A DNA stretch of 63,890 bases, filler included. It is 17 parts of 17 records of this genome, joined end to end, with 100 filler letters (N's around TTAATTAATTAA, not from the genome) between each part and the next. Parts side by side here need not be neighbours in the genome. Positions count along the whole stretch, not along the records: positions 59,192 to 61,213 come from SRR11831580_6541; positions 61,314 to 63,890 come from SRR11831580_6656; 15 more parts are not named here. One strand, written 5' to 3'. Position numbers and translations under genes: made by a program. The number at the start of each line of letters is the position of its first letter. The stretch's first letter is position 1. Under the pieces are notes generated by a model. The model saw only the letters and a program-made list of their open reading frames with translations. It did no database searches and was not told the origin of the DNA. Positions 59,192 to 63,890 of this stretch are shown here, piece by piece.

Positions 59192-61213
59192 AAGGAGCTG
59201 TTGAGGGGCGAACCAACCGGGGAGCCCGCCCGCGGGGGTACCTTGGTGCCTACCCAGACAAAGCATGTAAGACGCGGTACGTGACGCGATCACATTCATG
59301 CCGCGAGGAGGAAGAAGGAGAGGAGCGTACCGTATCGAATGCGCAGTTTGCTCTGAACGGCCTCTTTACAAAGCGGGCACTTTCCCACCACTCTTTGCTC
59401 CACGCACTCGCTGCAGAAGGCAAAGTGTCCGCACGGCACCAGCGCAAACTTGATTGGCAGCACGTGACACATCACACATGATATCTAGAAACAACAGGAC
59501 GTGTGAGTCATCACAATCTACACAGAAACCCCGTAGATCACGATTTCCGCTCACGTCATACGGTGTTGTCAGCATGTACGCGTAACTGCATACCCCTTCG
59601 TCCGCTCCGGCATCTTTATGGTAAATCCGCGATCCTTTGAACCATCGGCCCGAGCTGGACATAGGCGTTGTCTCTCGCTGTGTGAGTGATGCAGCAAACC
59701 GCAGTGTAGCTAGTGTGTCTGGCACAGCGCTCTGAATAGGGGAGATGGTTGCGACCAGCGAGATGTGCGAGGATGTCTGGAGGAATGATTTCGCCAGCCT
59801 GTGCATACAAATGTTCACTCGTCATACGCGCAGCCAACGGCAGGGGCAAGACTGTGCATACAACTAGATCATACGCAACGTTAAACCGTTCTGTGCGCAC
59901 AACATACCACAACAGAGTATCCGCATGCACGGGGAGCACGGCCTTCTTCGCATCTACCATCTGCACCACACCTCTCAGCACTTTCTCCACATGCGGCTCA
60001 TCCGCAGCGGAACTGGTTGTCGCGGCCGTTCGAGTTCGCTCGGGGGAGGGCAGCCTCTGTGAAGCGTACAACATGTTAGAAAACATCTGTACGCACACAG
60101 ATTACATGTAGAACCGAGCATGCTGATTCATTGTAAATGATCAAATATACAAACTCAGGCTCACGAAAGTGGTCTGTACGCACAAGGATGGCCGTACCGT
60201 TGGGGAAGGTGCTCTGACGCAGTCCGATGGCCGAGAAATATCGATGAAAGCAACCTGACACGTCTTGGTCCCCTGCAGACGTTAAGAAGGCACGCATTAG
60301 AACGCGACACATGCATAGCGGCTCTAAAACCACCTCCGCCTCCTTCAACGTACCGCTTTGCCCTCGTTCGCAGTGGAAAACGAGACAGTCATAATGTTGT
60401 TAACTCGCACGGCTGATGCCACCTTACGCGCTCGTGCAGCAATTTCGTCAAATTGAGTCACAGATTCCACTTGTATTCTGCAGACGTACGCGGATAATCA
60501 ATTACAGTGCGACGATCTCGACACTTCGGTAAAAATGATATAAGGAAGACAGATATCTATGCTGAACGTACTTGGTGACTTGCTCTATGACAGTGCCGCG
60601 GAAGGATTCTCTTACCAGCACCTGCGTCTACACACGCACGCATCACCATTAAGTTGTTGTGCTCAATGAAGAGTGAGCCTCCCCTGAAACAAGACGTACC
60701 CGCGGCTTGGGGTTCAGCAGGTCCAATACCATTTCACCATCTACACCCAGATGCGTCACCTCCGCTTTGAACTTTGTGTGCCCCGCAAAGACACAGAACA
60801 TTCCCTCAAATACGAGACTGGCCAACCCGCGACGCTGAGATGCGCAGGACTCAGAGCCCCACAGGCACACGTCCTGCCCAGAACCTGCACCTCCGTACGC
60901 TACAATTGCGTGGTTCACCCCTGCAAGCTCAAAGCTGAGCGACGTACTCACACAAACGAGGGGGCAGTTGCGTACCTTTGGTGAGATCATTCAACACGGA
61001 CGACACCAAAACACTCCGGTCACGCTCCATCAGCTGGAACGCCTCACCGATGCCGGTGAGATCGATCACACGCTCGAACTGAAAGTAGTCCTCCTTCCCT
61101 ACACATGTTGTTATGATGTGATTCATCGATTTGGAGCCGAAAGGCATACCGGTTGCGGCAGTTACTGTGAATACTCCATTCGCACATGTGTTCCAATCTT
61201 GTCCGCTTTCTCC
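59192..61213 (-). CDS. eukaryotic multi-exon gene: degenerate kinesin motor domain followed by a C3HC4 RING finger (both ends missing)
   Basis: manual exons 61213-61150, 61098-60976, 60920-60700, 60627-60572, 60477-60354, 60272-60198, 60086-59908, 59798-59594, 59484-59331, 59249-59192; nine GT-AG introns, one continuous open frame. Confidence 0.82.
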
Positions 61214-61313
61214 NNNNNNNNNNNNNNNNNNNNNNNNNNNNNNNNNNNNNNNNNNNNTTAATTAATTAANNNNNNNNNNNNNNNNNNNNNNNNNNNNNNN
61301 NNNNNNNNNNNNN

Positions 61314-62404
61314 AAAACTTTTTCAAAAAAGCGGCGGCGCACGGGGAGGAACCTCCTTTAACTCCTCAAAACGAACATCAGCGGTCCGGGCTGCGCTTCG
61401 CCCGTCGCGTCAGACTACCCCGTGCGGTTGGCCTGGCTGGCATGTTCTTACCGATTGCTTCAACGCTGGTTTCACACCCGCCGCCGGGCTGGTGGTGGCT
61501 GGTGTTGGTCGGCTGGGCGTTCGTCTGGCCGCATTTAGCCTGGCAGATAGCGAGCAGGGCCGTCGATCCGCTTAGCCGGGAAATTTACAACTTAAAAACC
61601 GATGCAGTATTAGCGGGAATGTGGGTAGGCGTAATGGGCGTAAACGTGCTGCCTTCCACCGCGATGTTGATGATTATGTGTCTGAATTTGATGGGGGCAG
61701 GCGGCCCCCGTCTGTTTGTCGCGGGTCTGGTGTTGATGGTGGTTTCCTGCCTTGTCACCCTCGAGCTGACGGGCATTACCGTGTCGTTCAATAGTGCGCC
61801 GCTGGAATGGTGGCTCTCCCTTCCCATTATTGTCATTTATCCTCTGCTGTTTGGCTGGGTCAGCTACCAGACGGCAACCAAACTGGCGGAACATAAACGC
61901 AGGTTGCAGGTCATGAGTACCCGCGACGGCATGACGGGCGTGTATAACCGACGTCATTGGGAAACTATGTTACGCAATGAATTTGATAACTGTCGGCGGC
62001 ATAATCGCGATGCAACGTTACTGATTATCGATATCGACCATTTCAAGAGCATCAACGATACCTGGGGCCATGATGTGGGCGATGAAGCGATTGTGGCGCT
62101 TACCCGACAGTTACAAATTACCCTGCGCGGTAGCGATGTGATTGGTCGGTTTGGCGGCGATGAGTTTGCAGTAATCATGTCCGGTACGCCAGCTGAGAGC
62201 GCCATTACCGCCATGTTACGGGTGCATGAAGGGCTAAATACATTACGTTTGCCGAATACGCCACAGGTAACTTTACGGATTAGTGTGGGGGTTGCGCCGC
62301 TGAACCCACAAATGAGTCACTATCGTGAGTGGTTGAAATCGGCAGATTTGGCGCTTTACAAAGCAAAGAAAGCCGGACGTAACCGCACCGAAGTGGCGGC
62401 CTGA
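61314..62404 (+). CDS. dgcC: diguanylate cyclase (MASE2-GGDEF), 5'-truncated
   Basis: GGDEF with RGSD I-site; convergent with proC (yaiC/adrA). Confidence 0.95.
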
Positions 62405-62420
62405 CGTCCGGCGAAAGTCA

Positions 62421-63230
62421 TCAGGATTTGCTGAGTTTTTCTGATTTTTCCATACACTTCGTCATCGCTTCGATCACTGCAGCACGGAAGCCTTTCTCTT
62501 CCAGTACGCGTACCGCTTCAATGGTGGTGCCTCCCGGTGAGCAGACCATATCTTTCAGTGCCCCCGGATGTTCTCCCGTTTCCAGCACCATTTTTGCGGA
62601 ACCCATTACCGCCTGAGCGGCAAATTTATACGCCTGGGCGCGTGGCATCCCGCCCAGCACGGCGGCGTCGGCCATCGCTTCGATAAACATAAATACGTAG
62701 GCTGGCGAAGAACCGCTCACACCGACCACCGGGTGGATCATCGGCTCAGCAATTACTTCCGCTTCGCCAAAGCAGCGGAAAATATTCAGCACATCAGCGG
62801 TATCTTCTGGGGTTACCAGCGCGTTTGGCGTTACGGAGGTCATCCCGGCATTAACCAGTGCGGGAGTGTTCGGCATGGCGCGGATAATTTTCCGGTCATG
62901 GCCCAGCGCGCGGGCAAGCTGGTCGAGCGTGACACCTGCAGCAATAGAAACGACCAGAGAGTCTTTATTCAGGCTGGAGGTGATTTCGCTAAGCACTTTA
63001 ATCATGATGCCAGGTTTAACGGCAGCAAAAATGATGTCGGCGATTTGCGCCACTTCTTGCGCCGATTCTGCGGCGTTGATGCCGAACTGGTCATGCAGGG
63101 CGGCGACTTTATCCGGGGAGGGGGTGTATACCCAGATTTGCCCTGGAAGCACCTGACCGCTGGCAATCAGACCGCCGAGAATGGCTTTTCCCATATTGCC
63201 GCAGCCAATAAAACCGATTTTCTTTTCCAT
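62421..63230 (-). CDS. proC: pyrroline-5-carboxylate reductase
   Basis: GCGNMG, RAMPNTP, SPGGTT; 269 aa. Confidence 0.98.
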   Translation of the reverse strand: MEKKIGFIGCGNMGKAILGGLIASGQVLPGQIWVYTPSPDKVAALHDQFGINAAESAQEVAQIADIIFAAVKPGIMIKVLSEITSSLNKDSLVVSIAAGVTLDQLARALGHDRKIIRAMPNTPALVNAGMTSVTPNALVTPEDTADVLNIFRCFGEAEVIAEPMIHPVVGVSGSSPAYVFMFIEAMADAAVLGGMPRAQAYKFAAQAVMGSAKMVLETGEHPGALKDMVCSPGGTTIEAVRVLEEKGFRAAVIEAMTKCMEKSEKLSKS

Positions 63231-63349
63231 TGCCTCACTCCTGCCGTGAAATTCATTGTTTTGATAATCGCTGGCAGAAGCATAAACAGAACTATGCCGG
63301 AAGGCAAAAGCGCGACACAATAGAGGATTACCCAACAAAGGATGACTTT

Positions 63350-63808
63350 ATGACAATTTGGGTGGATGCCGACGCGTGTCCCAATGTAATTAAAGAGATT
63401 TTGTATCGCGCGGCGGAACGTATGCAGATGCCGCTGGTACTGGTAGCAAACCAGAGTTTACGCGTGCCGCCATCGCGATTTATTCGTACGCTGCGCGTCG
63501 CGGCAGGTTTCGACGTTGCCGATAACGAAATTGTCCGGCAGTGTGAAGCGGGCGATTTGGTGATCACCGCAGATATACCTTTGGCTGCTGAAGCCATCGA
63601 GAAAGGCGCTGCGGCGCTTAATCCGCGCGGCGAACGTTACACGCCAGCGACCATTCGTGAGCGCCTGACGATGCGCGATTTTATGGATACCTTACGTGCC
63701 AGTGGGATCCAGACCGGCGGACCAGATAGCCTTTCACAACGTGACCGCCAGGCCTTTGCCGCGGAGCTGGAGAAGTGGTGGCTGGAAGTGCAACGTAGTC
63801 GTGGCTAA
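63350..63808 (+). CDS. yaiI: YaiI/YqxD (DUF188) family protein
   Basis: [11 protein letters not shown]; 152 aa. Confidence 0.94.
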   Translation: MTIWVDADACPNVIKEILYRAAERMQMPLVLVANQSLRVPPSRFIRTLRVAAGFDVADNEIVRQCEAGDLVITADIPLAAEAIEKGAAALNPRGERYTPATIRERLTMRDFMDTLRASGIQTGGPDSLSQRDRQAFAAELEKWWLEVQRSRG

Positions 63809-63809
63809 A

Positions 63810-63827
63810 TGTAATTTATTATTTACA
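63810..63827. promoter_or_regulatory. TyrR box of the downstream aroL promoter
   Basis: TGTAAT-N6-TTTACA versus consensus TGTAAA-N6-TTTACA; aroL follows yaiI in E. coli. Confidence 0.75.
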
Positions 63828-63890
63828 CTTCATTCTTGAATATTTATTGGTATAGTAAGGGGTGTATTGAGATTTTCACTTTAAGTGGAA

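Overview
This window is an artificial pseudomolecule, not one locus. It holds 17 unrelated contigs joined by 16 identical 100-nt spacers (44 N + TTAATTAATTAA + 44 N; stops in all six frames). Fourteen contigs are ordinary Escherichia coli K-12-like chromosome fragments from scattered map positions: pdeK-dctA; lspA-ileS-ribF; rplI-rpsF-ula-aidB; alr-dnaB-qorA-pspG-dusA; purHD; bcsBZ; yhhT-acpT-nikABCD; yjiS-yjiR-rpnD-mdtM-yjiN; htrE; priA-cytR-ftsN; hflD-mnmA-nudJ-rluE-icd; mngAR-sucD; pheST; dgcC-proC-yaiI. Three of them carry homopolymer frameshifts in core genes, probably sequencing errors. The other three contigs (26890-29165, 34571-37365, 59192-61213) are nuclear DNA of an unidentified, intron-rich, aerobic eukaryote, and the ORF track misses their genes because they are spliced. 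Splicing them by hand gives: COX5B; a complete A20/AN1 zinc-finger gene; the 3' end of a gene with a C-terminal Cys cluster typical of class II (B12-dependent) ribonucleotide reductases; a 9+ exon coiled-coil protein needing a GC-AG intron; and a 10+ exon gene encoding a kinesin motor domain with degenerate P-loop, switch I and switch II followed closely by a C3HC4 RING finger. The last is the best candidate for something undescribed. All gene models are manual, and comparisons to reference proteins are from memory, not from searches.
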